A stretch of 64,000 nucleotides of DNA. It comes from Balamuthia mandrillaris (taxonomy: Eukaryota). Under the pieces are notes generated by a model. That model saw only the letters and a program-made list of their open reading frames with translations, did not search any database and was not told where the DNA came from. Shown here piece after piece: positions 47,415 to 61,359 of the stretch. How positions within the stretch are numbered: the stretch's first letter is position 1; each line of letters begins with the position of its first letter. The position numbers and the translations under genes were made by a program. The DNA is taken from contig JAVKOQ020000096.1 in assembly GCA_031835245.2 (NCBI GenBank), positions 1 through 64,000 on the forward strand. Reading direction: 5' to 3'.

Positions 47415-49227
47415 TCAAGCAGGAGCGAATGCCGTGTCAGATAGGTTTCTAAAGCTTGCCAGTGATGAACCCCTCATTGTAGAGGTAGGTGTTGAAGAGG
47501 CAGATGATTCTGAGTCAATCTGAATCTGAACTGCACCGGCAGAGCGCAGGGGATACTTCTCCTTAAAGCGTTGGTTCTTCCTTCTATGTACCAATACTGC
47601 CACAAGCATGCTGACCACTACTATCGCCACCGCCACCAACACAAGAGCAGAAATCAATCCGTAGAATCCAGCGCTTTCGCAACAGAAGTCTTCTGCATTG
47701 TCTGCAGCCTTGTCGTCATCCTCTACGTTGGCGCCGTCACCGTTGTTGTCATCGCCATCTTCTTGTTGGCCGCCAGGTAACAAAACACTAAAGTCGGGAT
47801 CGTAGATAAGGATGTCGTTGAAGTGAGGAAAGGTCATTGTTACTTCTATTCCTCTTCCTGGCAAACCTTTTTGTTTTGATGAAAGAGTTACCTTCACATT
47901 TGTTCTCTCTTTCACCCTTTCTCTATTCTCCATCTGTCATTTCTCTTCTTCTCTCTATTTTCCCTCTTGTCTTTTGGTGTATTACCTGGAATCTTGGCAG
48001 AGTGACGGCTCACGAGCTTTGTATCAATAGAAACAGGGCGAAGAGAGCCATCTACCTCAGCCACGTTGAGAAACCTAGAGCGAAGAGAAAAGGGACTGTC
48101 CGGACCCAAGGAGAAAAGGGCATTGTTGTCTGCTATTTCATCTTCGTTCGCTTGGTCGCCTTCTGCTCCTTCATCGAATGGTGATGATGAAGGAAGGAGC
48201 GTTGAGTTTCCTGTTGCATCTACAGAGTACAAAATCATTGTTGCCTAACAAAGAAAGACATCTTGAGTTCATTCATACAAACATAAAGGAAACGAGATAA
48301 CTAGGTGAGGATGAGAAAATAAGAGATAGAAATACACACCTTCAACCTCCTTTCATATTCTCCTTCCTCTCCAAAGGGTTCCGGTTCGAACTCCCAAGAA
48401 CGAACTACAAAGGACACCTTGACTGTAAACGGAGGAATAGAGATAGTCTCCTTAACAGCCTGTCCAATGGGTGCATCCTCCTGTCCCTTCGTGGTGTAGA
48501 CCGTATAAACCACAATCACAGTTCCTTTTGCATAGGGAACCTCAAACTGAACCACGTGTTTGCCTTCTTTGTTGTTGCCGTCGTTTCCTTCTCTGTCGTT
48601 TTCGTTGTCGCCGACATTGGCGTGAAGAAAGAGAACAGGACCTCGAATGATGGTATCTCTACCTTGCAATAGCTCCGGCCCCCACGCCACCTCTTTCTTG
48701 CCCGTGTGCTTGTGCGCTCGTTCCTCTGACATAGACGCATAAGTGATCAAAAAACGCTCTGGTCGTTTGGGAAGATCTCCTCCCTCTGCTGCATTTGCCG
48801 TCATGGTTGCATCTGCTACTGCCTCTTCTTTTGCATCCAAGAAGAAGATCTCGCAGTCTGGCTCGATGCCATGAGAGATGTGTATGTCCTTCGAGTCAGG
48901 AAGCAAAAACGAGCCGGCCAGACTATCAGCAACATCAAGAAGAGTCGTTGTGGTAGTGTCAATGATCGTAGTAAGAGCAGTGGGGGCAGCAGTAGCAGAA
49001 AAGGAAGAAGCAGAGGCCAGATCAGAAGTAGCCGAGCGAAACGAAACGCCCCAAAAGGGTTCTTGGCGAGAAAGAATGTCAACACTGCTTCGAAAGCGGT
49101 CCTGTTCTCTCTGTCTCTTCTCTAACGTTGTGGTGGTGGTTATCGCTGCCGCTACGCAAGAAACAAGGACAGCCATTACCACCAACAAAGCGGACGCATT
49201 TCTTTTGAACTTTTGTGTTCGAGGCAT
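47415..49227 (-). CDS. Type I membrane protein with an amoebozoan ComC-supersandwich-like domain
   Basis: Signal peptide, then VKVSF.V..W.F, SRFLNVAEVDG and FPHF...YDPDFSVLL, then a TM helix followed by HRRK. Confidence 0.65.
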
Positions 49228-49567
49228 GATGATGACCCTGCTCTCTTGCAAACTTTAGACGGCACTGGCCAGCGGGTCCCAAGAAGCTGCAGCACCTTGA
49301 CAGCGAAGGAAAAGCAGCCCGTTTTTCATGTTTTGCCTTTGCTGCGGTGCCCCTCCCCCCATTGCTCGGCCCATTCTCTTTCGTGGAGACTTCTTTGGTG
49401 CGGCTATGAACAAATTCAAAGCACCAATCCAAAATCAAAATGTAAAAAAGTTCGATCAAACGTTGATCGTAATGGTTGGTGCAGAAACATTGGACAAATT
49501 GGCGTGCTTTTGACTTGTGCTATGGTGACGTGTATTAGTCCAAATATGGTATGTAGTGACGTGGTTG

Positions 49568-51301
49568 TTATGCCTCTTTCTCCTTCTCTTTCGCCTTTTG
49601 GCCTTTCTTCTCCCAAACGTTCAAGAGAATGCCGGAGAAGAACAAGAAGCAAGCGAGCACGTGCCGTAGGCTCACGTCCTTGTCAAAGATAACAAAGCTA
49701 AGCACGATGGTGATCGCTTTGCGGCTGCTGGTCACGATCGTGGCCACAAATGCATCAGAGCACTTGACCAAAGCGAGAGAAGCCATCGACCCAGCGTAAC
49801 CCAAGAAAAACTCCAACTGTTCGCAACAAAAAAGAACAAGAAAAAGAAAATGTCAGAAGAAGGAGACAAGAGAATAGCGAAGCGAGAAGTGTAAAAATAG
49901 GGTGAGAAGAAGAGGGAGAGAGGAGAGAAACGTAACGACGATGTAAAGAAAGAGAGTTGGCTGTTCAAGAGTGTAAAATAGGCCAGGAATGAGGTCTCCG
50001 GTCAGCAATGCGATTGGAATCATTACGAGCAACCCGTAAAAGTTTGAATAGAGCGCCTGTAACGCACCATATCAAAATGGGAATTGGCGAGAGAGACGGA
50101 AGAGAGAGAGAGAGAGAGAGCAAACAATTTCATAATTGCTGATTCGCTCTGGCGACTTGACCAACTTTTCTTGTATGTTTGTCTTTGAAGCCATCGCAAA
50201 TATGTGAAAGAGCATAAATATAATCCCTTTTTCACAACCAAAACAAACTCAGAAACAGCAAGAGAGAAAGAGAGAGAGAGAGAGAGAACTGAGCAGAGCA
50301 GAGTGAAGAAGAACGTAGAAGAACAAGGAAAGGAGACCTTTGAAATGAAAGGTAGGTGACGACATGGCATCGGCATTGGAAAACAGGAACAGACCTCCTA
50401 TGAGAAAGGTGGTGGCCAAGTATTGCACCAACGAAAACCGTTTGCCCAATAGTAGCATTCCGATCACTATCACTGGTATCAACTGAGATGATTGAAACAA
50501 CACCTAAGCAGAACAAACCAACAGAAGAACATGTTGAGTTAACCAAAGTGGGGTGGCATTGGCACAGAGAAGAGCACACATACTTTGGTTGTATAATCGA
50601 GGTATTTGATGGCCTCGGTGCCCATACCTCTTCCCACAACATACGCCATGGCCAAAGTAAAGTGTCCCATTCGGGCACCTCTAAAGAACAGTGATGAAAG
50701 GAGAAGAGCAAACAGAGATAAGAAGCAGAGGAATAGAAAGAAGAGAGACCAAGTGTTCGCGTAGAACGAGAAAGTGTGAACGGAGGAGTAAAAGAACAAG
50801 AGGAAGAAGAAGAAGAAGAAGAAGAAGAAGAAGAAGAAGAAGAAGAAGAAGAAGAAGAAGAAGAAGAAGAAGAAGAAGAAGAGAGAACCTTCGCAGAGTA
50901 ACTTGCTCTCCGCTGTTGGCCCGTTCAAAGACAGCAAGCAGGGTGTATATCAGAAATTGAAGAACGGTGGAGAACAACGGGTACGGGTATTTTCGTGCTT
51001 TAAAAATAAGCTCCTGCGAAAATGTAGCAACAACACAACGTTCAGAACTTTTTGAGTTTTTTAAAAGAAGGAACACATGAAACAAAAACAAAAACAAAAC
51101 CTGAACGTAGCCGTAGGCGAGGTGAAAGAACAAAAGAGAGCCGGCAACGATGAGGAACCTAACGTCGGGAGAGAATCGGTTCAAGGAGAATCCAAGCAGG
51201 GTAACATCGGCGTATTTGTCCTTCGGTGCCGTCTGCGTCTTGTCGGCGGGCATTACGTTACCCGCCTCCGTAGCTTCGGAGACCTTCGCTTTCGGTTTCA
51301 T
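49568..51301 (-). CDS. UAA/SLC35B nucleotide-sugar or PAPS transporter, multi-exon
   Basis: YGYVQ|ELIF, YLDYTTK, GNFQE-region exon and VTSSRKAITIVLSF. Confidence 0.85.
50803..50880. repeat. (AAG)n intronic microsatellite
   Basis: Visible triplet array. Confidence 0.95.
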
Positions 51302-51583
51302 CTTTTTATTTTTTTTTTGCGGTTCCTTTTATTTATTTTTTTCGTTCTATAATGACCGTGTCGTCACGAATCAATTTAAGGAGCCACCTAAACGAAGATC
51401 CGCGTCGTTACGATACCTTACAATTCGTGTCGTCATGGTCTAAGGTTAAAAAAAAAAAGAAGGGGGAAAAGAAAGATAAGGTGTCCCAAAAGACAACAAA
51501 AAGGAGGGGGGCACATCGCACAACGAAGGCAGCAAAACAAACTAAAAAAAAAAAGATCCACAACAACAACAACAACACAAAAG

Positions 51584-52677
51584 ATGGTACCTGCATACAT
51601 CTCTCTCTCTCGCCCTGTTCTCCTTGCTTTGATCCAGTGTTGTTGCTTCGATCACACCTAAAATATTTTTTGTTTCTCTCGTTGACGCTACAAAAAAAAA
51701 ATAGTACCAATTCGTTCTGTTGGTGAACAAGCAAGGCAAGACCCGCCTTAGCAAATGGTATTCCGTCTATACCAACAAGGAGAAGGCCAGGATCATACGC
51801 GAGGTGTCCACCATGGTGCTTAACCGCAACGTTCGCCACTGCAATATTTTGGAGTGGAGAGACTCCAAAATCATTTACAAACGGTTTGTTTGTTTTTGTA
51901 AAACTTTTTTTATTTGGAAGAAAAAAACTAAGACGCCTTCATCCTCCCTGTTGGTGCAGCTATGCGAGCTTGTTCTTTATCGCCTGTATAGACAACGAGG
52001 AAAACGAGCTCATCACCCTTGAGACGGTTCACCACTACGTGGAAGTCTTGGACAGATACTTTGGCAATGTACGTAGCCTTCTTTCCTTTTTGATGCGCGT
52101 CTTGTCGTTGCGAAGTGAAGAGAGGGGCCGAGAAGAGAGAAAAGAGAGCATGAAGAAGCAGAGAGAGAGAGAGAGAGCATAATGTTGACTTCGTTTGTTT
52201 GCTATTTTCAGGTTTGTGAGCTGGATCTTATCTACGAGTTTCATAAGGTTTGCTTGGCTTTTCTTGACTGTTTCTTCTAGTCCTTCTTCTTGTTCTTCTT
52301 GTTCTTCTTCTTCTTCTTGTTCTTCTTCTTCTTCTTCTTCTTCTTCTTGTTCTTCTTCTTCTTCTTCTTCTTCTTCTTCTTCTTCTCCTGCTTCTTTCTT
52401 TTGCTTCTTTGTGTGTCTGTTTGTACAATTGCACCTATCCTTAAACTGAAACAAAAGGCGTACTTCATCCTGGACGAGCTGTTGATGGCAGGAGAGCTCC
52501 AAGAGTCCAGCAAGCGCTCCATTCTACGTTCTGTTTCTCAACAAGATGTACTTCAGGTACCGCCTTATCGTTTTCTTTCATTTCTTGCATTACCATTTTT
52601 GTTGTAGCTTTTACTTACTTTCGTTTTATCTTCTTTCTTTACAGGATAATCCTAACGACAACAGAGCCGAGCTTTAA
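51584..52677 (+). CDS. AP1S: AP-1 complex sigma subunit
   Basis: [46 protein letters not shown] and [19 protein letters not shown]. The first coding exon is only the ATG. Confidence 0.88.
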
Positions 52678-52869
52678 GCTTTTCCTTCTCTCTATTTTTT
52701 ATTTGCCATTCTACTTTCTTTCAAACTTGTTTTGCTTTATCGCCTCTTTTATCTTCGTCTCTCATCTTTTGACAAAACAAGAAAATAACAAGGACTAGGA
52801 ATGGAGAATGAAAGGAAGAGAGAAAGAAAGAGAGCGAGAAATAGAGAAATAGAGAAATAACAGAGGTTG

Positions 52870-52910
<41 letters not shown>

Positions 52911-52946
52911 ACTGACCAGAAACCGCTCGTCGAAAATAGGAGAGGT

Positions 52947-52995
<49 letters not shown>

Positions 52996-53150
52996 GGAGA
53001 TCGTTATAAGACTAGGAAGAAAGAAGAAAAGAATAAGAATAAAGAAGCAGTTGGCTCTTTTTTCTTTGCATGCGTTCGGTCGGTTAGGTTTCTTTAGATC
53101 TCTACAAAGGGGAAAAAAAGGTCAAAGAAGAAAGGCGAAAAATCTCTCTC

Positions 53151-53534
53151 TCACCAACTGGCCTTATAGTCATCCCAAATCTGGCAAAACTCTGCATACT
53201 CCTTGTGCAAGGCGGGGAACAGGGCCAGCACTTGGTCGTATTTTCCCGCCTTGGCCAGGTCCTCCATCTCCTTGCCCACCTGGCGCACCCCCTCCGCTCC
53301 TATGTTGGCGCTGGAGCCCTTGACGTCGTGGGCCAGCCGCACGCAGGCTTCGTGGTCAGGGTTTTCCCCGGCGATGCCCGCTTGGAGGAGGGGCTCCAGG
53401 CTGGTGGTCATCCGCTCAAACTCGCCCTTGTACTCCTCGATGAGGTCCTCTTCAAACTCGTGATCCCCATCGGAATACTGCAGGAGCTGGTCCAGATGAA
53501 ACTTGGGAGAATTTTTCCAGCGGTCTTGCGACAT
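53151..53534 (-). CDS. Stand-alone histidine phosphotransfer (HPt) protein (Ypd1/RdeA-like)
   Basis: AHDVKGSSANIGA motif in a 127-aa helical protein. Confidence 0.9.
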   Translation of the reverse strand: MSQDRWKNSPKFHLDQLLQYSDGDHEFEEDLIEEYKGEFERMTTSLEPLLQAGIAGENPDHEACVRLAHDVKGSSANIGAEGVRQVGKEMEDLAKAGKYDQVLALFPALHKEYAEFCQIWDDYKASW

Positions 53535-55548
53535 GTTTTTTTTGTGTGTGTAGATGTGGAGGTGCTGAAAAACGATAGATAGTGAGGGATATGCGGTGCG
53601 TCGAAGTTTGGGTTTCTGTTGGAGGGCTTGAGGACGATGATGAAAATAATAATAATACTTTGAGATGGGATTGATGAAGTAGAAGACCGATGAAATAGAG
53701 CTGAAAAGGCGAAGAAGCAGAAAGGTGAAGGGAGGAGAGGGGGAAAAAAAGTGGCAGAAGAACCTAGTGTTGAGGGTGCGACAAAGAGAAAAAAAAAATA
53801 ACGAACGGTAAGCTTGCTGCTGACCCCAAGGCGCACTCTTTCTTCTTCCTTCTCCTCTCTCTTCTTCAGCTGTTCACAAACAAATAATAATAATAAAAAA
53901 GGAGGAAGAAAAAAACGGACCCTTTCGTGAAAGACTGACCTCAGCAAGCTTTTTTTTTTTGTTTTGCACAGCTCTCGGTGCACCGTCGCGAGTGAGACAC
54001 AACAAGAAGGCAATACTGACGGGGTTCCAGTGTACTTTTTTCCTTTCTTCCTCGAACGAAGAGGATACGGCCGATATTTACGTGGTTGCCAATGAGCTGT
54101 AATTAAATCGAGACGACACGAGGAATGACGGTGATTATTCACGTCGTCACGACATTGACATAATCTCGGGCCAATCACCTGCGGTATCTTGCACAGATGA
54201 GATATTTCCGGTGAGCCGTTAACTGATAATTCATCCAATTTTCTCTCAAATCATTAAAACAGAAAGCAGCACAAGGCAACCAGCTCTGCGGTCTCTCTGT
54301 CAGTAGCCTTTGCAGTTTTACGTTTCAACCACTCCGGAAGTTCTGTGGAGAAGAACGACAGGAGCACACATACGTGAGCACACACCACGACGGCGCCGTC
54401 TCCCTTGCCAAGGGGCAACATTGGGGCGGAAAAAAAAAAGCAATCCATGAAATTAAGCGTATTATTCCCAGCCAATTGGCAACACTCCGATTGTTTTCCA
54501 TTTTAAGAAATATGGTGACGTAATAGCGACTTTAAAAGGGGTCGATCGAAGCCACCATCTTTCCTAAACCAAAATGCCAGGCCCACGCCCGTTACACGAG
54601 CTTTGCGCAAACCCGAGAACGAGTGTTCCACGCATCCAAAAATTAAATAAAAAGGACCCGCGGCAGAGAGAACGAACACGCACACGAAAACAAAGAAAGA
54701 AGAGGAGAACCACCGACTCAAAAAAAAAAAAGTTCTCGAATCCGATTCCCTTCTCCCAACTCAGCCGACCTTTGCATTTTGATACGAAAAAAAAAACCAA
54801 CGAAAAAAAAAAACAAATCAAAAAAAAAAAGGTATCCTACCCATCCATCGTTGTTCGTCGAGGAAGAGAGAAAGGAAGCGAAAAAAAAAGAAGGAGAGTG
54901 AAAACAAACAACAAGCAAAAAAAAAAAAAAAAAATAAATTTCAGGAAGCTCCTTCCACGGAAAGAAGCAGGCTCCATTCTGGCTGCTTTCCGTGGACTTG
55001 TTGATTGTTTTCCGCTTTTTTTCGGGACTTCTCTCCGCGCTCTTCCCCGCTTCTCATCTTTTTTTGTTGTTGCTGCTACATTTTTTATGTATTTTTTCTT
55101 TGTGTTTAAAACCATTTTTTTTTGGTTCTTTCTTTCTCATTCCAATCGATTGTAATTTATTTTTGTGTGTGTGTTTTTTTTTCGTTTCTTTTTCTATCTT
55201 CTTTTGTTTTCTTTGTTTGTTATTCTCCCTCCTCCATCTTTTCGTAACAATCATCAAGGAGAGTGAGAAGGGAAAGAAGAGAAAGGAATAATTTGGTCAC
55301 TGACTATTTTTTCTCTCCCTCTTTTTTTGTTGTTTGCGTTGATTGGAAAACAAACTTTTACACCAACATAGTTCACTGCCGTGCGCACGTTGTTCACGCT
55401 CCAACGCAGAGAGAGAAGCAGCTTTTCACTTGAGGGAAGAAACCAAACCACATTCATCGATTTCCTCCTTCTCGAAACACACACAAAAAAACAAAAACAA
55501 AACACGGAAAAACAAACAAACGAACAAAAAAAAAACACACGACGAGAG

Positions 55549-57107
55549 ATGAGAGAAAAGTTGGGCGGCATGGTCATACCTCAACAGTTCCAAACGGGGG
55601 TGGAACAGCCGAGGGAAAAAGTCATCCAAGGACAGAACGTCTACTGTGAATATTGCGACTTTCTCACTCACTCTGGTTTGTTCGGTTCAACCGTTTCTCT
55701 TCCTTTCTTCTCTCTTTCTTCTTTTCTTCTTTGCTTTTTGTTTCTTATTTTCTTCTTTCTTTCTTCTGTTCTTTCTTTTCTCAGAAACGAGTCACGCGAC
55801 TCATCTCACCACAAAGAAGCACAAACGGGCCAAGCAGATGTGGCTCCAGTCTCGGGTGCAGGAACAAGCTCGGAAGGAAGAACGTGCTCGTCGAGAAGAG
55901 GGACACGTTGCTCACCCTCCAGCTTCGGCTCCTCCTTCATCTTCCTCCTCACCGTTGAAAAAGAGCTCTGACAGCAGCAGATCTGAAAGAGTTTCATCTC
56001 CATTGGAAAGAGGAGAATCAACAGGAAACCAAGTTTGGGGCGATGCGAGGCGTGGCAGTACTGCTTCTCCTCTTCTTCCTGCTTCAGCTTCTGCAGAAGA
56101 AGCTCGAAAAAGCGGGAAAAGTGTTGTTGTTAGTGACAGCAGCAGCAGCGGCAATACCAACGGCGGTAAGTTAATGAGTTACAAAGCGGCGCTGCAAAAT
56201 CCATCGCCAAGAGCTTCACCTTCCTCATCTCCTGTTTTTTCTTCTTCCTCCTCCGAAGCATCGTCTTCGTCTTCTTTACCACCCCCACCTCCACCCTTTT
56301 CGCTAAACTCCTCTGCTTCCACTTCACCCTCATCCCCACCACCCCCTTCCACTAATTTACCTTCTTCAGTGGTTGCTTCGAACAAGAAAATAGTTCAAAG
56401 AAGCAACAGCGTAAACAGCGGCGCAGCAGGAGCAGGAGCAACAGGAAGCAACATTGCTCCTCCATCATCAACATCATCCAAAGAGGGTTCCCGTGCTTCA
56501 TCACCGTCACCACAACCACAAAAACAACACCAACAGGTTTGTGCACCTTCGATGACGACAACGACAACGACAACGGCGACGACGACTGCCGCTCCTGCCT
56601 CCAGTGCGGCAGATAACGTCGGCAAGTCATCCAAAAGAAACTCGCGTCGAAAGAGGCAAAGCAACACCAACAGCACCAACAACAGCAAAGCTCAACCAAC
56701 CAATCCTTCTCAACAGCAACAACTTCATGTACAGGACTCTGTGAGTAGTAGCAGCTGCGGACCCAGAAGCGAACTCGAATGGAGAAAGGAAGGAGCCAAT
56801 AACAGCCTTGCAATCAACGTGACAGCAGAGGAGGGCTTGGCGCCCTCTTCGGCTTCAATGCATCCCTCGCAACCACAACAACGGTGTACTTCTCCATCTC
56901 CTTCGTCCTTACTTAATTCCTCTTCGTCCTACGCTGTGAAACGAAAACACGTCGATGACGATGAATGCCATGTCAGTGATGCTGGTGCTGGTGGCACTCC
57001 TGGTTGGATCGACCACAACCACCACCAAAATAACAACAACTATCACCTGCATCCGCATCAACCTCAAGTTCTGGTACTATAGCAACACACACCCACACAC
57101 TCCCTCC

Positions 57108-57148
<41 letters not shown>

Positions 57149-60046
57149 CTTTGCATTTTTTTCGCTTTTCCGCTTATTTTGTCTGTTACTCATTTAATAT
57201 GCATATTTTTTTGGCTTATTTACAGAGATTCCCACCAGGATTGTTTCCTACGACAGCTGCCATTGCTCAACAGCAACAAGTACAGCTCCATGCTCACTCT
57301 TCTTCCCCGTCTTCATCGCCGCCTTCTACTTCCCCTATTGTACCTACTGGTCACTATATTCTTGTAAATGCAGCAACACTTCCTTCTCACCACCCTCATC
57401 ATCATATGACTATCCCTCATTCTAGCTCTCCTGAACAGAGCATGAACCCTTCCGATCACTCTTCCGACTTAACAACAAGACATCTTCCTCACTATCAACA
57501 CCCAATTGCACAGTATCATCATTCTCACCAATACCCTCAGCATCACCATCAACAAACTCATTTGCCCTTAGCACCTTCCTCTCATCCTTCCGCTGATGCT
57601 CCTTCCTTTATTCCTCTTCATCCAGTAACAACACCTTCATCAGACGATGCAAACCACAACAGCAACAGTAACGGCGTTTTGCCTTCCACAATGATGCCTG
57701 CTTTCCATCCAGCGGCTGGCAACCCTTCCAACAAGCCTTTGATTCTTCATGGACCGAGATTCAGGTCTACGCCACCTTGGCTTAAGAATTTCGAAAAGCC
57801 CGAACTTGTTAGGTTTGTTTCTGTCTCCTTTGTTGTCTCTCTCTCTCTCTCTCTCTCTCTCGGATAAATGGAGGAAGCGGAAAGGATGATTCAAACATAA
57901 GAGCACAATTAGCATAGCTTTCATTACCAACAAAACCGCTATGATGACCAAAACGTTTAAGTACCAACCCATAGAATCTGATCGCTTTCCTCTTTCATTT
58001 TATCTCCTACTTTTCTTTAATGTTTTTGTTTTTCAATATTTTGTCTATTTTTACTCACCTCCTTATTCCTCATGATTTGCTTCCTCTTAGTTTAAACGAA
58101 GAGATTCGCGCTTTCTGCAACTTTATCTCTCCTGTTGTAGAGGAAAGAAGGATGCGCGAAGACGTCATTAACAGGATCACGACTGTGGTCAAAAGTCTTT
58201 GGTCCAACACCGAAGTACGAGTATTTGGTTCTTGCTCCACTGACATCTATCTCCCTACCAGGTATTCCTGTCCCCTCTTGGCGTTTTGTTTCTGCTTTCT
58301 TTTATGGGTTTTTTAACTCTTCTGTCCTCTGCCTTCGTCTTCTCACCTATCATAACAAACAAAAAAACACACATTAACAATAGCGACATAGATTTGTGCG
58401 TACTGGGTGTTCGTAGCTGGGGCCGCTCCCCTCTCTTTGCCCTCTCTTCCGCTCTGCGGCGCGGTGGCATTGCCTCCCAAATCCAATGCATAACGACAGC
58501 TCGCGTGCCCATCATCAAGATGGTGGACTACGAGAGCGGCTGTTTGGTGGATATCAGCTTCAACATTCCCAACGGGCCGGCCAACACGGCCATAATTCGG
58601 CGGTACTTGGAGGAACTCCCCGAAGTCAGGCCGTTAGCACTGCTGTTGAAGTATTATTTGAAGCAGTTGGGATTGAATGAACCGTATACCGGAGGCATTG
58701 GGTCCTATACTCTTTTGCTTATGATTATCAGTTATTTGCAAGTACGTTTCTTGATTCTTTCGTTTTTACATTTGTTCTCGTTCTCTCTCTCTCTGTTGGC
58801 GGGATGATAAAAACAATAAGGTCTTGTTCGTCGGAAAATGAATGACGATACCTAAAACGGATTTATCTGATTCTCTCTCTCTCTCTCTCTCTTGCTCTCT
58901 TCTCACTTTTTTAAAAACTAATTCTTGTCGTTTCTGTTTCTCTCCTCTCCCTTTCCCTATAAAAAGATTCATCGACCAGAAGAACCAAAAGAGGAACACA
59001 ACTTGGGTGTACTCCTCTTGGGCTTCCTCGAACTCTACGGGGAACGCTTCAACTACCACCGTACTGGCATCTCCGTCCGCAATGGAGGTTCCTACTTCGC
59101 CAAGTCCTCCCGCGGGTGGGAGGACTGGCAGCAACCCTGGCTACTCTCCGTGGAGGATCCTTGTTTCCCCGAGAACGACGTTAGCCGGTCCTCCTACGCT
59201 ATCATGGAGGTGAGGGACGTCTTTGCCAACGCCTATCGCATTCTCAAACGCGCTTTTGAAAGAAAAGAACGCCGCTTGCAACAACAACAATCTTCATCGA
59301 ATCGTTCTTCTTCGGCATCTCCTCAACAACAACAATCTTCATCGAATCGTTTGCTAGAAAATGATAATGATGACAACAACAATAATTCTTCTTCTTCTTT
59401 GATGGAAGAGGAATTGGATGATGAGTTGTTGAACGCACCGTCGCTGTTGTGCACGATATTGCTACGGGACGAACACATGGAGAGTCATCGCCGCTTCATC
59501 AAGAACTATTACAGAGAGAAGCTCAAACAGCAGCAACAGCTCAAAAACGAGGAAAAGAACAATCGAGAGAACAGCAGCAGCAGCAACAACAGCAAGGAAC
59601 GAAACAACAACTATGGACGAAACTACAACAACAACAACAACAACAATCGAAGGAAGAACAACAATAACAACAATAATAACGGAGAAAGAAGAGGAAAACG
59701 AAATACCAACACCAACAACTCAAATAATGACAACAGCAACAACGAAGAGTTTCGTCAACATAACAACAACAACAATAACAACAATCACGGTAACAACACC
59801 AGCAATAACGGAGGAGACCGGAAAAGACATCGACCCACTTCTTCATCATCAAGAGTGAATGCAAGTGGGGAGCATTCTCCTTTATCTTCTCCCTCTGCCT
59901 CCTCCTCCTCTTCCTCTGCTTCTTCGACACAAAGCAATAACAACAGGAAGAAGAGTTCTTCATCGTCATCGTCTTCTTCCTCGTCACACAAAAATACGAC
60001 GACCCCATCGAACAACAACAACGAAGTAATAGTGTTGGATGACTGA
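55549..60046 (+). CDS. Non-canonical poly(A) polymerase (Trf4/TENT4-like) with an N-terminal C2H2 finger and low-complexity regions
   Basis: VFGS...YLPT|SDIDL, ARVPIIK, VDISF, LNEPYTGGIGSY and LSVEDP..PENDVSRSSY. N-terminal CEYC...H....KKH. Confidence 0.9.
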
Positions 60047-60483
60047 ACCCACCCACCACCAAACACTTTAAAAAAAAACACAACATTAAAAAAAAACCCA
60101 AAAAAACCCCCAAAAAAACAAAAACAAAAACAAAAACAAAAACAAAAACAAAAACAAAAAATAAAAATAAAAATAAAAATAAAAATAAAAATAAAAAACT
60201 ATAAAAAAACATCTTTTTTTTAAACGATAAAAGCCGAAGCCCCAAGACTGCTGTAACTGCGCTTGTTCGTTTCCTTCCCTTTGTTTATCGGTTCTCTATC
60301 TCTTCTTTTAACTCTTCGTTCTTCTGTGCGTCGAATGGAATGCAGCCCATGGCTTCCGGGGAGTGTCCGCTGGTCCTCCGTCCGTGCTATAGCCAGAGTA
60401 TAATAACTGAAAACAACCTTTTTTTTTTGTTGTTGGAAGAAAGAAGTGAATGCAGCTCATCGGAGCTGCACCAACAAAGAACG

Positions 60484-61320
60484 ATGGAGTCAACCACAAA
60501 CCAACAGGAGGAATGGATCGCGCAGCTGAGAAGCGGCAAACAGTTGTCCCAACGTAACGTTCAACGTTTATGCCTCAGAGTAACCGTTCTTCATCTCCAC
60601 ACGATCTCTTTTTTTGTTTTCTCATCTTTCAAAAAAAAAAATAACGTATAGGCCAAAGAGATCTTTCGCTTGGAACCCAACGTGAAGTCGCTTGCGGGTC
60701 CGATAACAATCTGCGGGGACGTTCGTGGTCAGTTTTACGATCTGTTGGAGGTCTTTGGGGTGGGAGGGGACGTTCCTAGCACAAACTTTTTGTTTTTGGG
60801 CAACTACGTGCACAGAGGAGGTACCTCCTCTGGGGTGGAGACGCTCTCCTTGCTATTGGCCTTGAAGGTGAGATACCCCGAGAGAGTCACTTTGTTGAGA
60901 GGCAGCTTTGACAACCAGCAGATCACTCTACAGTTTGTTATAGTTTTTTGCTTCTTCTCGCTCTGTTCTTGTTCTTGTTCTTGTTCTTGTTCTTGTTCTT
61001 GTTCTTGTTCTTGTTCTTGTTCTTGTTCTTGTTCTTGTTCTTGTTCTTGTTCTTGTTCTTGTTCTTGTTTCTGTTCTTGTTCTTCTTGTTCTTCTTGTTC
61101 TTCTTCTTTTCCTGTTGTTTATTATCAGTTCTTTTAACTCTTTTCTCCATTATTCTGTATGTCGAATGGAATGCAGTTATGGTTTCTACGATGAGTGCAT
61201 GCGAAAGTACGGAGATTCGAACGTGTGGAGTTGGCTTACAGGCTTGTTTGACTACTTTCCTCTCGCTGCTCTTATCGAGAATCAAGTACACCATGCTTCT
61301 TCGCTCTCTCTCGCTCTCTG

Positions 61321-61359
<39 letters not shown>

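Noticed and set aside
53535..55540. ORFs between the HPt and Trf4 genes
   Set aside because: Poly-A/T-derived low-complexity translations; more consistent with divergent promoters and 5' UTRs with introns.
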